Positions 34,417-46,196 are shown, counted from the stretch's first letter. The stretch: 64,000 bases of DNA from Zygnema circumcarinatum SAG 698-1b (GCA_037447605.1 CM074813.1:186001-250000); one strand, 5' to 3'. Notes: a model not told the origin generated them from the letters alone. A program made the numbers and translations.

Positions 34417-34469
34417 CCTATCACAGTTCTCCACGTGGACATAGTGATTACGTGGCGAATCCTGATTGG
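34417..34469. promoter_or_regulatory. ERSE (CCAAT-N9-CCACG on the minus strand, 34451-34469) plus a CCTAT-N9-CCACGTGG variant (34417-34438), ~300 bp upstream of ORF 34761
   Basis: The reverse complement of cgtggcgaatcctgattgg is CCAAT-caggattcg-CCACG, an exact ERSE consensus. Confidence 0.5.
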
Positions 34470-34760
34470 CCATAGCAAATAAGAGGCTGTGCCGTTAGTG
34501 GAAGCCACCCAGCCAAAAGATCTACAAATTAGGGTTTGGAGCACTCTCTCCCACGAAGTAGAAGTGGTAAAATTGACGCCTCAAGCTCTTCTCCCTCTCT
34601 CGTTCTCTCTCTCTCTCTCTCTCTCGCGGAGCTCTTCGACCGCCCAAGTCCCCTCTGTGCGCCTCCCTCCTCCCTTGTCCTGCCTTTCGCGCCGCAGCTC
34701 GTCCAAACCCTAATTTCCGCCCCCTGCTTCCGTGAATTAGGGTTCCCATAGCCCCGTGCG

Positions 34761-35933
34761 ATGGCCTCTGCGCCCGCTGAGGGCTCAGCGCAGGGCTCAG
34801 CGCTGCAGCTGCTGACGTGTGACGCCGCGTCGCTGATGCGATCCATGGGACCCCCCGGAAGCTTCCGGGACATTGCAAGGGGGCATGCAGCTGTGCGGAG
34901 GAAGGAGGAAGCTTCTGAGGACGAAGCGGGGAGAGGGAGAGGGGGCAGCTATGGCGTCGGGGAGCAGGAGATGCTTTCGGAGAAAACGAGGGTGAAGGTA
35001 GCCGGGGCTGCCGTTCCATGTATTGAGCGCTACGGAGCCGCGTTGGCAACTGCACGGAGCAGGGGGTCCTCCATAGCTGCGGGGATGCAGAGTTTGCAGC
35101 TCGTCCATGGCGCTGTGGGGGTCGGGAAGGGAGGGAGAGGGAGCGATAGAGTCAGAGACATGGAGGGTATCCTCGTCCTTGAGAATGTTAGTTTTGATTT
35201 CGACAATGAGGATGATTTTGGTAGTGATGAGGATGAGGTCATCGATGAAGGTGATGTCGTCGTTGATCATGATCATGACAATGATGATGATGACGAGGAT
35301 GATGTCGAGGGTGAGGATGTCGACGATGGTGATGTTGACGAGGACATGGGGTGGGGAGAAGGGAAGAGAGGGAGGATGGCGGAGGAGGAGGCGGCGTTGG
35401 AAGAGAAGTTGGTGGCGATTATTACAGGGGGTAAATGGGATGCGCTTAGTCCTAATTCTGGCAGGGTGGTAGCCGTGGGAGAGCACCAAGTGTGTGTGGG
35501 TTACAGAGAGGATTTCGTGTCGGGCTACCGAACATGGGAGTGGCAGGGGCACCTCACTGTGTACGATGATGAGGAGGGATTCACATCAGAGTATGTTTAT
35601 GGGAATCACTTCGAAGCGTTGGAGAGGTATGGAGACTTAGTAGAGGAAGAGGGAGAGAAGTGGGACGAGGGTGAGGAAGGGCGTGGGGAGAGTGTGGGAG
35701 AGGAAGGAGGAGATGCGTACGCCAATAGGAGGGGTCTTGGGACGGGAGGGAGAGGTGGGGAGAGAGGGAAAGGGAGGGAAGGAGAGGATCTCGGGGAGAG
35801 AAGGAAAGAGCGCGGTGTGTTGAGAGTGGAGGGAGTGTTAGGGTTAGGGTTTGTGCCAAGAGGACTCGGTCCTGGGGGGGGGCTTCCTGTAATTGAAGGC
35901 GGAGTCGGGAGAGCACGGAGGAGGAGGGAATAG
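34761..35933 (+). CDS. Single-exon acidic protein of unknown function with a plant-type domain (PNSGRVVAVGEHQVCVG...WEWQGHLTVYDDEEGFTSEYVYGNHFE)
   Basis: 390-aa ORF with an ATG start, a D/E-rich tract and a compact aromatic-rich domain. From memory it resembles an uncharacterised land-plant family; this was not verified. Telo-box-like AAACCCTAA lies upstream. Confidence 0.7.
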   Translation: MASAPAEGSAQGSALQLLTCDAASLMRSMGPPGSFRDIARGHAAVRRKEEASEDEAGRGRGGSYGVGEQEMLSEKTRVKVAGAAVPCIERYGAALATARSRGSSIAAGMQSLQLVHGAVGVGKGGRGSDRVRDMEGILVLENVSFDFDNEDDFGSDEDEVIDEGDVVVDHDHDNDDDDEDDVEGEDVDDGDVDEDMGWGEGKRGRMAEEEAALEEKLVAIITGGKWDALSPNSGRVVAVGEHQVCVGYREDFVSGYRTWEWQGHLTVYDDEEGFTSEYVYGNHFEALERYGDLVEEEGEKWDEGEEGRGESVGEEGGDAYANRRGLGTGGRGGERGKGREGEDLGERRKERGVLRVEGVLGLGFVPRGLGPGGGLPVIEGGVGRARRRRE

Positions 35934-37176
35934 TTACTTTTAGCCTTTGTGAAGATTACCCCCATTTGCTACTTTGCTTCAAGAATTTTAGGAGTCAGAG
36001 TTAGAGTTAGGGTTAGTTCCTGCTTCTTTACCTCTTCTGCTGAAGATAGATTCAGTTTTTACCCTTCCACGAAGAGAGAAGTGAGGAAGAAAGAGACCGC
36101 AGAGAAGAGGGGGAGTGAAAGAGGGGAGAGGGGGGGTGGGAGGGGGGTAGAGAAGATGGAGGGATGTACTGATGTACAGTTATATTCTCAGTTAGGGTTA
36201 GAATTCAGTCCTGTTATCTTTTTTAAACCTCGCTTACTTTGCAGAAGCCCTGTGTAACAGGAAAGCTATATTCCTGCCTCTCTTTAAAAAAAAAAATGTA
36301 ACAAATATGTTAGACAAGCGTCGACCAGACGTGTTCTGAATTGGTCAACAGTTCATGCCATGACATCCGCGAGACGAAATCTGATTATGCCAGATAAGCC
36401 CCAGAGGAGCAAACGAAGCAAAAGGAATTTTTTTTTTTCTTGTGACTTTCAAGAAAACGGGAACGAAACGTCATAGGAAGGAAAGGAAAACAAAACTGGG
36501 GAAGGACCGTATATGTAAAACAAATGCTAAATTTGGTATTGGATGGCTCGTACCAACCTCAAATATCTCTTCTCCCACAAAACAGTAATGTTACAACGGA
36601 CCGGACAGAGCTAATTCCTTCACCGTCACATGGAAGCCTCCATGCAATCCGTTACAGAAGGCTACAAAGCTGCAGTCGAGAAAGTAGACCGAATAGAATT
36701 CTGTTTTCTATATCAACTGCAATTTTCTAGCTCCCTACCAAAACGAAATTAATTATCACCTTTCCCCCCACCCTCTCTTTAGAAGAGTAAAGAAAGAAAA
36801 AACAATCTAAGAGCAGCGCCGTTTGTCAGGAGGCATCGAATCTCCACTCTCTGTCGATGGCTCCAATTGCCCCCCGCTGTCTCCAAAACCAATGACCACA
36901 ACAAAATTAATTCGTGCAAAAGCATTCTCCAATTGAAGCCGTTTTCCATTTTCTCAGACAGCATCACACATGAACTCAAAGCAGTCCCCTTTGCTTGCGA
37001 GCCTTCTAACTATTTTCCAACACCCTTCCCAATCCCCTCCACTTCATTGCCATTCCGTTCCCGTTCCAGCTGCCGTCACCGCTACGCAAGACTCGTTCCA
37101 GCCCTCCGTTCCATGCTGTCACGGCGTTCTGTGTTGCAGTAATCTCCACCAATACTCCGCCATAAGTTTTTCCTTC

Positions 37177-39444
37177 TCACGTAAACTTGGAGTAGTCGTC
37201 ATCCGTGGGTCCCCGATAACCCGAAAACTTTCCCAAGTCTTGCAACGTCGCTTTCGAAGAGTCCCACCACCCTGAAGGGCTTCCAACGTTACTCTCTTCT
37301 CCACTCCCTCCCATTCGTCCTCCCTCTCCCAACCCCCCCCTCCATCCGCTCCCTCTCCCTCCACCTCTCCGACCCTCTCCCTCTCCCCCCCCCTCTCTCA
37401 GCCCACCATGCAGTTGCCGAGAGGGAACTTGCATATGTTCCGCCAAAGCCGCTAAAGACATAGTTGTGTGTCTCCGAGACGAGATTGGTCCCCCACGAGT
37501 CGAATTTTCGCTCTGTTCCGATGAGTCAGCTTCCAAGCTTGATGCCTCCGACTCTTCTCTCAATCTACCTCCCCCTTCCTCCCACCCTACCCCTCTCTCT
37601 CCCCTCACATCTGCCATGACCCCAAATGAATTGCCAAAATAACCTCTCCCTCTTCCCTCCGCAAGCGCAGGTCTCACTCCTCTCCCTCTCCCCTTCATAT
37701 CAAAACTGTTCCCAAAACGTTCCACCGAATTCGGCGGCTGCGTCCAAAAACTTCCGTCTCTGTACAAACCCTCGGCGGGTCTCACTTGCTGCTGAAAGCC
37801 CCCTCCTCCCACTCCTCTCTCTCCCCACCACCGCTCACCCCCTCCTCCCTCTGCCTGCCCCTCTTGCGGAAAATTAGTTCTGGCCTTCGCCCCCCTTAGC
37901 TTAATAGCCGCTTTATCGTACGCCCTTGCTGCCACTTCCGGCGAGTCAAAAGTTCCGAGCCAAACTCGCGACCTCTTTCTCGGAAATCGAATTTCCGCAA
38001 CCCACCTCCCTTCATGCCTTTGCCTTACACCCCTATATAGCTTTTCCCCCGCCTTCCTCCCACTCCCTCCCCCTCCTACTTCTCCTCCTCCTCCGCCTCC
38101 TCCTCCTCCTCCTCCTCCTCCTCCTCCTCCTCCTCTTCCTCCTCCTTCTCCTCCTTCTCTTCCTACCATCATACTCTCTCGCGCCTCATCTCCCCCTCTC
38201 CCTCTCCACACCTCGTCCATTCCTTCATCCCCTCCTCTCATGTACATCCCCACATCCATGGACCCCATGGGACCCCATTCCTCCCCTTGCCCCCCCTCAC
38301 CCATACCCATCAGCCCCATCATCGGCGCGTTCACACCATGTGAACGATTTTCAAGACATGTCGGAGACGTTAGGGCTTGGCTTGATCCTCGCTGTGACGT
38401 GACAACTCCCATGGCTAGCTCTATCCCTCTCTGACTTGGCAAACTTTCGCTCCCTCTCGATTCCTCTCCCTCCTCTCCTTCCTCTACTCCCTCCTCCCCC
38501 ACCCCGATCTCTGTCCCAAACTCAGTCATACCTCGATTCAGTTCAACGGAACCAGAACTGCCGCCCCACATGTCACCCCCCTCCCCCCATACATACGGCG
38601 CCCGTGACATCACTGGCCAGTTATGTGATGGCTGCTCCCACATACGTACCCCTCTGCCGCTCAGACTCGGCTGCTGCCGCGCGTGCCACGTCATTTCCGG
38701 TACGACTTCATCGAGGCCCAGAAACGCGCCACCTGGCAACTCCCCACTGGCTCCTCCGCCCTCCCCCCATCCGCGAGCCTCCGAAAAGCCCTCCATCTGT
38801 CCGTACAGTGTTCCTCCTCCGGGCCTGGAGGCGATGACAGCTGGCGGTCGAGGCGCACCGCCAGCTGGCGTGTGCCTATTGGCCGCGTTCTGGATTCGCG
38901 CCGCCTCCGCCTCTATGGCCGCGAGAAGGAAGGGAGATTCCACCGCCATGGACTCTCCCCTCTCACTCTCTCGCCTCCACCTCGGCCTTCCAGCAGCCAT
39001 GGCCGCCTCTCCAAGCTCTTCTCTATAGTATGGGGGGGGGGGAACAAGCCCCCCTCCTCCTCCTCCGTCCCACTTCTGGGACACGGCCCGAGACTGAAGC
39101 TCTTCTCCTACTTGGATCAAATTGACGCTGAAGTTTACGTTATAAAAATGGGGTGAAAAGGGATCTGCCAATCCGCCGTATTCAAACATCGAGACGTCGC
39201 GGGAAGGGAGGGGGGAGGGGATAAGGTTCAGGGAGGGAGGGAGGATCTGGGGGGGTCTAGAAAGAGGAGGGAGAGAGATGGCGGGAGGGGCTGGGTAATA
39301 AGATGGAGGGAGGGGTGATGAGGAAGGGAAGGGGGGAAGGGAGGGAAGAGACGGGAGAGAGGGAGAGGTGGGAGAGAGTGTGGATGAAAGGCGGTCGTCT
39401 GGTGGCGGAGGACGCATGAGGGGAGATAGGAGGGAATGACGCAT
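37177..39444 (-). CDS. AP2/ERF transcription factor, DREB subfamily, group I (A-6/RAP2.4)-like, intronless
   Basis: AP2 domain [59 protein letters not shown]. It has V14 and the [10 protein letters not shown] start typical of group I. Confidence 0.88.
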   Translation of the reverse strand: MRHSLLSPLMRPPPPDDRLSSTLSPTSPSLPSLPSLPPFPSSSPLPPSYYPAPPAISLPPLSRPPQILPPSLNLIPSPLPSRDVSMFEYGGLADPFSPHFYNVNFSVNLIQVGEELQSRAVSQKWDGGGGGGLVPPPPYYREELGEAAMAAGRPRWRRESERGESMAVESPFLLAAIEAEAARIQNAANRHTPAGGAPRPPAVIASRPGGGTLYGQMEGFSEARGWGEGGGASGELPGGAFLGLDEVVPEMTWHARQQPSLSGRGVRMWEQPSHNWPVMSRAPYVWGEGGDMWGGSSGSVELNRGMTEFGTEIGVGEEGVEEGEEGEESRGSESLPSQRGIELAMGVVTSQRGSSQALTSPTCLENRSHGVNAPMMGLMGMGEGGQGEEWGPMGSMDVGMYMRGGDEGMDEVWRGRGGDEARESMMVGREGGEGGGRGGGGGGGGGGGGGGGGGEVGGGGSGRKAGEKLYRGVRQRHEGRWVAEIRFPRKRSRVWLGTFDSPEVAARAYDKAAIKLRGAKARTNFPQEGQAEGGGGERWWGERGVGGGGFQQQVRPAEGLYRDGSFWTQPPNSVERFGNSFDMKGRGRGVRPALAEGRGRGYFGNSFGVMADVRGERGVGWEEGGGRLREESEASSLEADSSEQSENSTRGGPISSRRHTTMSLAALAEHMQVPSRQLHGGLREGGGEGEGRRGGGRGSGWRGGLGEGGRMGGSGEESNVGSPSGWWDSSKATLQDLGKFSGYRGPTDDDYSKFT

Positions 39445-39809
39445 CGCATGGTAAGGAGGGAGAGAGAGAGAGAGACACAGCCGCGCGTGTGCGAGTGAGA
39501 GGAAAGAAACTATGTGCAGAAGCAGAAAAGTGAAGAGCGCAGAGAGAGACTCACGCCTGAGTGTGTGAGAGAATCAGACGACAGAGAGAGAGAGAGAGAG
39601 ACTCAGGCCGGAGAGTGGGGGAGAGAGTGAAAAAGAGTGAGAGAGAGAGACTCAAACAAGAGGAAGAGAGTCAGAGGAAGAGAGACTCAGGCCGGAGAGA
39701 GAGAAAAGGGGGGGGGGGGGGGGAGAGGAGAATACAGGGACACCCGGACGCAAGTGAAGCTCACCTCACTGTGCGCCTCCTTCATAGCGCGCGCGCCCTC
39801 TGACGGCCG

Positions 39810-40310
39810 GCCACGTGGTGGCCGCCAGTGACGAGCCAGCCGATATTTTGGGCTCGCGCGGACACGTGTCGCACGCAGCGGCTGTCGCCCCGTCGCGGGG
39901 GTACCAGCGCGGCGGGAAAAGCGCGTTACCGTACGGTCGGACAAGCCGGGCACCACGTGCCCGGCTCTGACTGGCGCAGCCCCAAATCGCCGACACGTGG
40001 GTGACGAGTGGCTCACTGTGATTTGTCCATGAAGATATTTTGGATCTTCAAAAAATGCGCCGAACGAGATCCCCCATTTCCGTTTGTCTAAAAATGGGTT
40101 TCCGGCGCTTTTGGAGATTTTGGGATCTGGTTGGACCACTGGGATGGCGGCACGTGGTGAGGGAAGGAGGAAAACGACAAGCGGCAGGTCGCCGATTGGC
40201 AGATGCCTGACGTCAGTGGGCAAACGTGGCGAGTGGAGGGGGCTCAAAAGCGCGGAGGGAAAGTCAACCGCCAAGTGGTGCCACTTGCGGGCAGGACAGG
40301 CCACGTGGCG
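39810..40310. promoter_or_regulatory. G-box/ABRE-dense upstream region of the group I AP2 gene
   Basis: CACGTG/ACGTGG cores at about 39812, 39863, 39954, 39995, 40151, 40224 and 40302, with a GCCGAC (DRE) at ~39989. Confidence 0.45.
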
Positions 40311-40410
40311 ACTGCGGACTCGAGGCTGACTCCACTGTACGAACGGATAAATATCGTATCGCGAGAGTACAGCGATATACCCGGGATATATCCAGAATAT
40401 ATTGAGTAAT

Positions 40411-40476
40411 GGACTGGACTGGATTGCACTGGACTAAAACTGGAACTGAACGGGAACTGCAACTGAACTGAACTGG
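40411..40476. repeat. Degenerate (ACTGG/AACTG)n short repeat
   Basis: ggactggactggattgcactggactaaaactggaactgaacgggaactgcaactgaactgaactgg. Confidence 0.7.
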
Positions 40477-40812
40477 TTTTTGAGAAGTCTTGGGGCGGGC
40501 GAGTAGTCCAGCGCGTGGTTGCGGGGCGGCGCAGGCGCTGAAGGGCCCCTCGCAGCTGTCCGCTAGAATGTGGGGGTGCTGAAGGTGGTATTATTGGAGG
40601 GGGAAGCTCACGCGGCGCTTGGGCGCTTTCCATCAAACTCGAACGTGAAAAGCAAACGGCTTCATAGCCTGAAACCTTTCGCGCGGGCCGCTCAAGAATG
40701 AAGGCAACAAACAAAGAAGCAAACGAAAACGGTGTTGGGAACTCCTGCATCCACTGTTGTTCGCAATGAATGTTACCAGCTAAAAACAAAACAGAACGAT
40801 TTACGTCCACTG

Positions 40813-40883
40813 TGTGCCAGCCGGGAATCGAACCCGGGTCTGCACCGTGGCAGGGTGCTATTCTACCACTAGACCACTGGCAC
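40813..40883 (-). tRNA. trnG-GCC: tRNA-Gly (GCC)
   Basis: The minus strand reads GTGCCAGTGGTCTAGTGGTAGAATAGCACCCTGCCACGGTGCAGACCCGGGTTCGATTCCCGGCTGGCACA (71 nt). A and B boxes are intact, the anticodon is GCC, there is a TATA-like sequence upstream and a T-run terminator ~20 nt downstream. Confidence 0.97.
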
Positions 40884-42161
40884 TCGATGTAAATTTGGAG
40901 GAGCTAATATTATAAATATAAATTTACATAGTGCAAATAATAATTGGTTTATCCAGGCTCAGTGGACATTGACACTCCATTCCACCCAGCCGCGGCCCGT
41001 CTCTCCCGTACGGTCCGTGATTGCAAGGTTCAGCCCCCCGGCGCCGCAGTGGACCCCTTTGTCCACTGTGCGGACGCGGCCCTCGGATCGGATCATCCCC
41101 CCCGCACCCGTCCGTACGGTCGGCCGCATCGGCCGGTCTCTGCGCGTCCCTTAGGCGCCCCCTCACGTGTTCGCACGCGGCTGCCCGCCCGCAACTGGCC
41201 GCTCCTACGCGACAAGAATACCCTCCCCTCCAGGATCGTGCCGTACATTTTGTACATCTGCGAAGATTGTCGCGCCAGCTCAGCCCTATGTTTCCTTGTC
41301 GCGTTCGTCTTCGTAACTCTGTCGTATAGGGAACACTTTGTCGGAAAGCTGACCGGTGGTACTTGCTCTCTTTGGCAACGGCACTGACGGACAAAATATC
41401 ATAAATGGCCCGGGCGGCGAAGGAAGCTAACGTCAAAGATCGCGCGGGCGGGCCGGCAAATCCGGGTCGAGATCAAATCAAAAGGTATGGATCGTGGGCG
41501 GCGCCTTCTGACGGGAGGGGCGAAGTTTGGTTTTTTGGGGGCAGGCTCACTGCCCGGAAATGGCGGGCCGATGTGTGGACAAAGATTTGATTTTTAAAGA
41601 TTTGCTGCGATTTCGGGATCCATGTGGATCCACAGAGGGTAAGGAAATTGTTGGGCCATGGAGCGGCGTTTGGTAGCGCAACTGCGAACGCATAGACCCT
41701 CCCCCTGCATAGAGCTCTCATCCTTCCAGCCCTCCCTTTCCCCGAACGATCCATGCCACGCCGTTCTGTCATAATCCAACAGCCAGTTCCGCAGATGTGC
41801 CCTCTGTTCAACGCAGTTCAGTTCCCTCGTCCTGCCCGGCCCAAAAGCTTTCCCCTGCCCGGCGCTGCCCGCCTTTACGCGCGCGGCAGATCCCGCATCC
41901 GCCCGCGATTGCCCCTTGTCCTTCCTCCCCACTCCGGCCATAAACTACTCGCCCGCGTACCGCCCGCGGGCCGCCCTCCCTCCCTCACTCCATCACTCTC
42001 TCTCTGCCTCACTCTCGCATGCCGCCTCCCTACTCACTCGCCTCTCCCAGATCCCGATATTTCTCACCTCCCGATATTTTTTCTCTCACAGCTCTCGCTC
42101 TCTGTACTTCCACCCTTTTATCTCTCTTATCACCCACTGCTCTCCAGCGCAAGATGAGAGC

Positions 42162-44048
42162 ATGGCCGGGTTGTCTTTCCCCCCGTTAAGTCCCATTGCG
42201 GAAAGAACAGCAAAAGGAAGTGCCCGATACCGCCCTCGCTCTCCCCCCCTCATGTCTTCCTCTCCTCCCAACCACCACCTTTGCCCCGGCTTCCCCAATT
42301 CCATGTCTCCCTTCCCCTCTCTCCCCTTCCCTCTCCCTCCGCACCTTCCAACCTCCCACCCGCCCTCTCACCTCAACTTCCCCCCCCCTTCCCATCCCAC
42401 CTCCCACTCCCCTTCCCCCTCCCCCCCCACCTCCCACCCCACTTCCCTTCCTCCTCCTTCCTCCACCCCCCTTCCTCTCCCTCCCCCACCCAAGAAGCGC
42501 ATCCGCCGTGGAGCCAAGGGTATGATAAAGGGAGTCAAAGGCGGCCCTGAGAATGCCTCCCACGGCTACCGGGGCGTACGGCAGCGCACGTGGGGAAAGT
42601 GGGTGGCGGAGATAAGGGAGCCGCGCAACCGCACTCGTCTCTGGCTTGGCTCCTTCGGGACAGCGGAGGAGGCCGCTCTCGCATACGACAAAGCCGCCAA
42701 AGTCCTCCATGGATCCCGGGCGCGTTTCAACCTTCTGGGGAAGGGAGGAGGGGGGAAGAGGCAGCCCAGCGAGACGGCCATGGCGGCGAGAGTGCGGCAG
42801 GTGGCGGGGAAGAGAGTTGAGGAGAGGGAGGGAGGGAAAGGGGGAGAAGGAACGATCGAGGGGGGGAGGGAGGGGGGAGAGAAGGGAGTGAGCGTGGGAG
42901 TTGGGCTGGCAGAGGACAGAAAGGGAGAGGGGCTGTGGAGGGCGGGGAGTGTACTTCTTCCGGGTGGATTGGGGTTGGTGGGACAAGGAGAAAGTGCCAC
43001 GTGGCAGGATGTGAATAGGCGCCCGGGCATACACTTGTTGCAGGAGACCGGGAAGGCTGGGGGGGGCCATGGGAGCCGCCACGTGGCAGTTGGGGAGGGA
43101 ACCGGGAGGGTAGTAGTTGGGGGAGGAGAGGCCGGGCCGTCGAGGACGGCAGTTTCCGTAAAACTGGAGAGCATGGATCTGCGGGATAGGTTGTCCGGGG
43201 GGGCGGGCCCCGCCTCTGTGGCCATGGGCGAGGAAGGGGAGGCGGCAGAGCCCGACATGTTCAGGGCGCTTATGGAAGCAGGGTTCGTGCCAGGTGTCAC
43301 GCTCCGATTGGGCGACGCGGTGTCGGCGGAAGAGAAAGAGCAGCACTCGAGAAGCTTCCCGGAGGCTGCTGCGGGGCAGGAAGTGAAGGGTCCGGGCGGG
43401 GCGGCCATGGCGGAAGGAGAGGCGGAATGGCTGGGAGACGATCTCGACTGCTGGCGATTGCCGGAGCTCGAGCACATACCCGAAGGCATGATGTTGCCGG
43501 ATGCACATCATCCGATGATGATGTCGCCGACGTCCTTTGCGCAAGAGCGTTTGCACTTTGAGGAGAGGGAGAAGCGGTCGACGGAGGGAGAGGGGTCGGA
43601 GAGACGGTCTGATTCCCCGAATTCAAGCTGGTCGTCGTCGTCGCGGGAGACCTCCTCTGAGACAGACAGAGAATTTCCACTCATTGAAAGGTCGTCGGAG
43701 ACCGACAATTTCTCGGAAGCCATGGCCTGGTCCTCGCCGTGGTCGGTAGCGCCACATCAGCAGGAGATGCCACGTCAATATGAGGTGCCATGTCAGCAGA
43801 ACATGAACCCACGTCAGCAGGTGGTGGAGGGGCGGCAAGGGCAGCGACAGGGAGAGGGGCTGATGGACAAGGTGCCACGTCAGCAAGTGGGTGAAGCGCC
43901 ACGTGGCGGGCAGCCAATGGTTGGGGCGGAGGGAGGGAGCGAGAGGCGGAATGTGATTGGAAGGAGCACGTCGTTGTCCTGCACGATCTCTGCTGACGTG
44001 GCAGTTCAGGCGCCATGTCAGCTTACAGACATCTTTGACATCTTCTGA
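42162..44048 (+). CDS. AP2/ERF transcription factor, DREB2 (group IV/A-2)-like, copy 1, intronless
   Basis: [21 protein letters not shown] (CMIV-1-like NLS motif) followed by [44 protein letters not shown], with V14/E19. The first in-frame ATG is at 42162. Confidence 0.9.
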   Translation: MAGLSFPPLSPIAERTAKGSARYRPRSPPLMSSSPPNHHLCPGFPNSMSPFPSLPFPLPPHLPTSHPPSHLNFPPPSHPTSHSPSPSPPTSHPTSLPPPSSTPLPLPPPPKKRIRRGAKGMIKGVKGGPENASHGYRGVRQRTWGKWVAEIREPRNRTRLWLGSFGTAEEAALAYDKAAKVLHGSRARFNLLGKGGGGKRQPSETAMAARVRQVAGKRVEEREGGKGGEGTIEGGREGGEKGVSVGVGLAEDRKGEGLWRAGSVLLPGGLGLVGQGESATWQDVNRRPGIHLLQETGKAGGGHGSRHVAVGEGTGRVVVGGGEAGPSRTAVSVKLESMDLRDRLSGGAGPASVAMGEEGEAAEPDMFRALMEAGFVPGVTLRLGDAVSAEEKEQHSRSFPEAAAGQEVKGPGGAAMAEGEAEWLGDDLDCWRLPELEHIPEGMMLPDAHHPMMMSPTSFAQERLHFEEREKRSTEGEGSERRSDSPNSSWSSSSRETSSETDREFPLIERSSETDNFSEAMAWSSPWSVAPHQQEMPRQYEVPCQQNMNPRQQVVEGRQGQRQGEGLMDKVPRQQVGEAPRGGQPMVGAEGGSERRNVIGRSTSLSCTISADVAVQAPCQLTDIFDIF

Positions 44049-45146
44049 AGTTCTTCCCCCTCTCCTCTCCTCCTCTGGCGGCAAATGTAATTTTAAAAGG
44101 ACCAGACTTGCAATTTCTTCAGCGCAAATGGTTCCTCATTTGAGTTTTCAAACGCGGCCCCTGCTTGGGGGAGACGAAGGAAGGGATGGCATTCGCCAAT
44201 GTAAAGTCAGATCGGTAGAAATAGTTTGAACCTGCTCCACCCCACCAATATTATTACGGTTATTATTATTTTTGTTTTTTGGGAGGCGGAGGATGTCTGG
44301 TGGAACATTAAGGCAGGCTTTTCTGTTATTTTTTTTTTTTTTTTTAGGGTCCACTGTGACTGATACTTCGCTCATTTGATGAACATCAGACGACGCACGC
44401 ATTCATTTTTTCAATTATTTCATTTATAAAACCAGTCTTCGCTTTCATTTTCGCTTCCCCCTTCCATATCTTGTTTTTTTATAAATGTTTCATTTACTTC
44501 GTTTCAATATTTATGTTTTTTATCTCCCCCCTTCTTTTGGATAGATTAAGCGATTTCCTTCGAAAAAGCATCCCCTATTTGACAAAACAGGGTGAATAAA
44601 TGAATGAAAAAAATCAGACTGAAAACTGCTAAATCAACTCCTTTGAAAAAAAACAAAAACCAAGAAGCCAAAAAAGGCTCCTGGCAGTCTGAACATTGTT
44701 ACAGCCAAATGGCACCATACAATCCGCCCCCTTATTTTGTATCCCCATACCATTGATTGAGAGAAGGAGGAAACTGCTCTTCCACTTCAACTTTTTTGGC
44801 AACAATTCACAGATTTATCCGAGCTTTGCATGCCGATAAACTCTGAACCCTCAAGAAGGCAGAAGGCCCTAACCATGGAAGCACCATGCGAGCTAAGGAC
44901 AGAGCTTCTACCGAATTAGGGTTCCGGCTGTCCTTCGGCAAAACATAGCCCTGAACCCTCGGTTTCAGCCGCTCGAGCCCTAATTCTCGAGAGCAACATC
45001 CTGAACCCTAAATTCGCTCAGCCCTGAACCGCAAAAACTGAGTTCTAACTGTAAATCGTAGGCCCCCAAAACCATGAAACCCTAATCCCACTTGAAGACC
45101 CAAACCCAATCGCATCCCAGCCCTAAAAACCCTAAAATCCTGAACC

Positions 45147-46196
45147 CTACCGCCAGCTCTTAGGAAAGAATGCATGGATTTGGTAACCTGTCTTCCATTG
45201 GTCGAGCAGCGCCACCTGTCGCACGGCGGCTGCCCCCACAAAAAAACAAAAATAGACCACGAGCCGCTGTGCCGCATTTGTACCCATTCGCGGCAAATAA
45301 AAGGTGATGAGCGCCAACAGGAGCCCCACCAGCGTATACAGTCCCCCAACACAGAACCCCTCTACGCCGAACTGAGCTCCGCTTCCGTGATACCAATAGT
45401 TAAACTTGTTTGGGTTCTGACGATCACGCACATACATGGGCATGGAACGGATGATGTTGAACATTCCGCCGGAGATCGAAAAAAAGAAAATGAAGAGGCC
45501 CATCAGGCACCACACCCAGGCCTCGTGCACCAGCGTTCTATGCGTCAGAAAGTACTTTACGGCGAACGGAACGGTGGAAACGGTGAGCGCACCGAGCACC
45601 ACCATCTGCCATGGAGCAAGCAGAGGAGGGCGTTCTATGGTCCCAACGGAGACCCCGGACTTTGCCGTAACAAACGACGCTATTCCGTCTGCCGTTCGGG
45701 GGAACTGATCCGGCTTCATCTCCTCCGACTTCTGCGAAGAGGGAACAAAGCGGATGTGTGGGAGAGCCTCCACCTTGTAATGGCGGAACGCGCTCTGAGC
45801 ATGGCGGAATTCAAGCTCGCAGAAGAACAACCATGGCTTCCGCTTATCTCCCTCTTCGTCGGAGGGGCTTTTGGAGTCCTTCAAGTTCGTCTTCCAGTAG
45901 GCTTTAGAGACGAGGCCGAAGTCGAGGCGGAGGGCGTCGAGCTGCAGGTCAGGGTTCTGCTCTCGGAGGTCCTTGGCGTCGAAGAATAGGATGAAGGAGA
46001 GGGAGGGAGAGGGAGAGGAGTCGGAGGAGAGGATGAAGCGGCGGAAGGTGTTGTCGTCGATGCGGATCACACCGTCCGAAGAGCGCGCGCGGAGGGCGAG
46101 GAGCTCGGAGAGGCGGGGATCGGAGGCGAGAGAGGGAGGGAGGAGGAGGACGAGGAGTGAGAGGGAGAGGGAGAGGAGAGAGACGGGGGAGGCCAT
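45147..46196 (-). CDS. OST3/6: Oligosaccharyltransferase subunit OST3/OST6 (plant type), intronless
   Basis: Signal peptide [24 protein letters not shown], a thioredoxin-like lumenal domain without CxxC (as in plant OST3/6), and TM segments with SISGGMFNIIRSMP, GAQFGVEGF and WKTGY..H. Confidence 0.92.
   Translation of the reverse strand: MASPVSLLSLSLSLLVLLLPPSLASDPRLSELLALRARSSDGVIRIDDNTFRRFILSSDSSPSPSLSFILFFDAKDLREQNPDLQLDALRLDFGLVSKAYWKTNLKDSKSPSDEEGDKRKPWLFFCELEFRHAQSAFRHYKVEALPHIRFVPSSQKSEEMKPDQFPRTADGIASFVTAKSGVSVGTIERPPLLAPWQMVVLGALTVSTVPFAVKYFLTHRTLVHEAWVWCLMGLFIFFFSISGGMFNIIRSMPMYVRDRQNPNKFNYWYHGSGAQFGVEGFCVGGLYTLVGLLLALITFYLPRMGTNAAQRLVVYFCFFVGAAAVRQVALLDQWKTGYQIHAFFPKSWR

Noticed and set aside
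40700-40812. Possible dicistronic tRNA-Gly-snoRNA, as known in land plants
   Set aside because: A T-run Pol III terminator follows ~20 nt after the tRNA, and no C/D box pair was seen before it.
41916-42161. N-terminal extension of DREB2 copy 1 in the ORF track
   Set aside because: It starts at TTG within CT-rich 5' UTR-like sequence; the first ATG is at 42162.
42186-43556. Long antisense ORFs over the AP2 genes (also 38436-39156 and 62180-63115)
   Set aside because: Expected shadows of GC-rich coding sequence; no independent motifs.
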